Below are positions 63,077-64,000 of a DNA stretch of 64,000 bases, piece by piece (the stretch's first letter is position 1; every line of letters begins with the position of its first letter). The stretch lies in assembly GCF_032062105.1 (NCBI RefSeq), contig NW_026936410.1, forward strand, positions 496,001-560,000, given 5' to 3'. The position numbers and the translations under genes are program-made. This stretch comes from Saccostrea cucullata (lineage: Eukaryota). The notes beneath the pieces were generated by a model. It was not told where the DNA came from and did not search any database. It saw only the letters and a program-made list of their open reading frames with translations.

Positions 63077-64000
63077 TATTATCAGAAGTAATTTAAATTA
63101 AATTAAATTCTACTATGTGAACTAGTGAACGGAATGTATAAAAATATTAAAGTCTCATCTACTTGAAAACAATAATTACTACTAAAACTACTACTAATAA
63201 TATTATTATGTTTTTATTTTTTATTTTTAGTATTTATTGCTGTTGAACTGCCACAGTGTTTGTTCATCACTTCCTTGGCTATCGTACAATCCAATTGATT
63301 ATCCAATTTTAAGAACGTCGTCTTTTTTCCTCCTGAACCCTGTTCTAATTCTGTTTATTAATCCATGTTCATGATATTGACAACTAACAAGGTCTTTTTT
63401 GTGATTCTAACGAAGGCGATCGATGAGGGACAGACCATCTAATTATAGTAAACAAAAATGACGTGTTCTGCTTTAAACATCAGATAATCAAATAATTCAA
63501 ATGATTTGTATGTCAAAAACAATTCATCCTGAGGTGCTAGAGGCAGTATCAGACGTTGTGTAGTTCTAGATCTTAGGTTGTTTATATGCAGCGACTTTAT
63601 TGATTATATACAGTTTAAAAAGTTTGTTTCAATCAATTATTGTAATCATATTGATAATTCGAACTAAAGCGTATCGGTTTTAGAAAAAGAAGGAACTGCT
63701 TAAAGAGTAACACTTCTTTAAAGTTTTTGTGTTTAAGTATTGTATGCTTTTTGTATATCTTTTAAAAATTTTTATTTGACACTTTGAATACTCTTATTTT
63801 ATCTGAATTGTGTAAAAAGTACTCGTTCATTATGCTTCCCCAATTTATATAAGCAAGGTCTTGAGAAGGGATACCATAAATTGGCTGCAAGAGTTTATGC
63901 TCTTAAAGGGGCTAGTTTACATGAAAAAGCTATAATATGATCCCATGTTTTTTGGTTTTTTTTGCATGCTAAAAAGTTTTTCTTTAAATTGGATAATCCG

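Overview
Eukaryotic, strongly AT-rich, intron-rich and repeat-rich DNA, most likely from an oyster (Ostreidae). The taxonomic call rests on a Cg170/HindIII-type ~166-bp satellite inside a Helentron-like element and on bivalve-type SINEs and Penelope-like RT fragments. Three host genes can be supported. (1) The 5' half of a TBC1D24/skywalker orthologue on the minus strand: 6 coding exons between 15175 and 2572, with the TLDc exons beyond the left edge. (2) A near-complete SERAC1 on the minus strand: 15 coding exons between 33662 and 22812; the first coding exon was not found. (3) An intronless aminergic GPCR of the tyramine receptor 1 (Oct/TyrR) type on the plus strand, 54249-55448. The rest is a transposon landscape: a frameshifted near full-length CR1-group LINE; two pogo-like MITEs head-to-head forming a 1.7-kb palindrome; MULE, hAT, Kolobok, Harbinger and mariner-like MITEs, several with readable TSDs; satellite-bearing Helentron derivatives; tRNA-derived SINEs; a decayed hAT with a 3-unit composite tandem array; and many Naiad-type Penelope-like RT and 3'-end fragments around the GPCR. 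There are no prokaryotic features and no CRISPR. I see no proven new biological system. The best leads are a flip/flop-inverted hairpin loop at the junctions of the tandem array, palindromic elements centred on GNA/GNNA mini-hairpins, the head-to-head MITE pair, and a conserved Naiad 3' motif. All calls were made by eye, without database searches.
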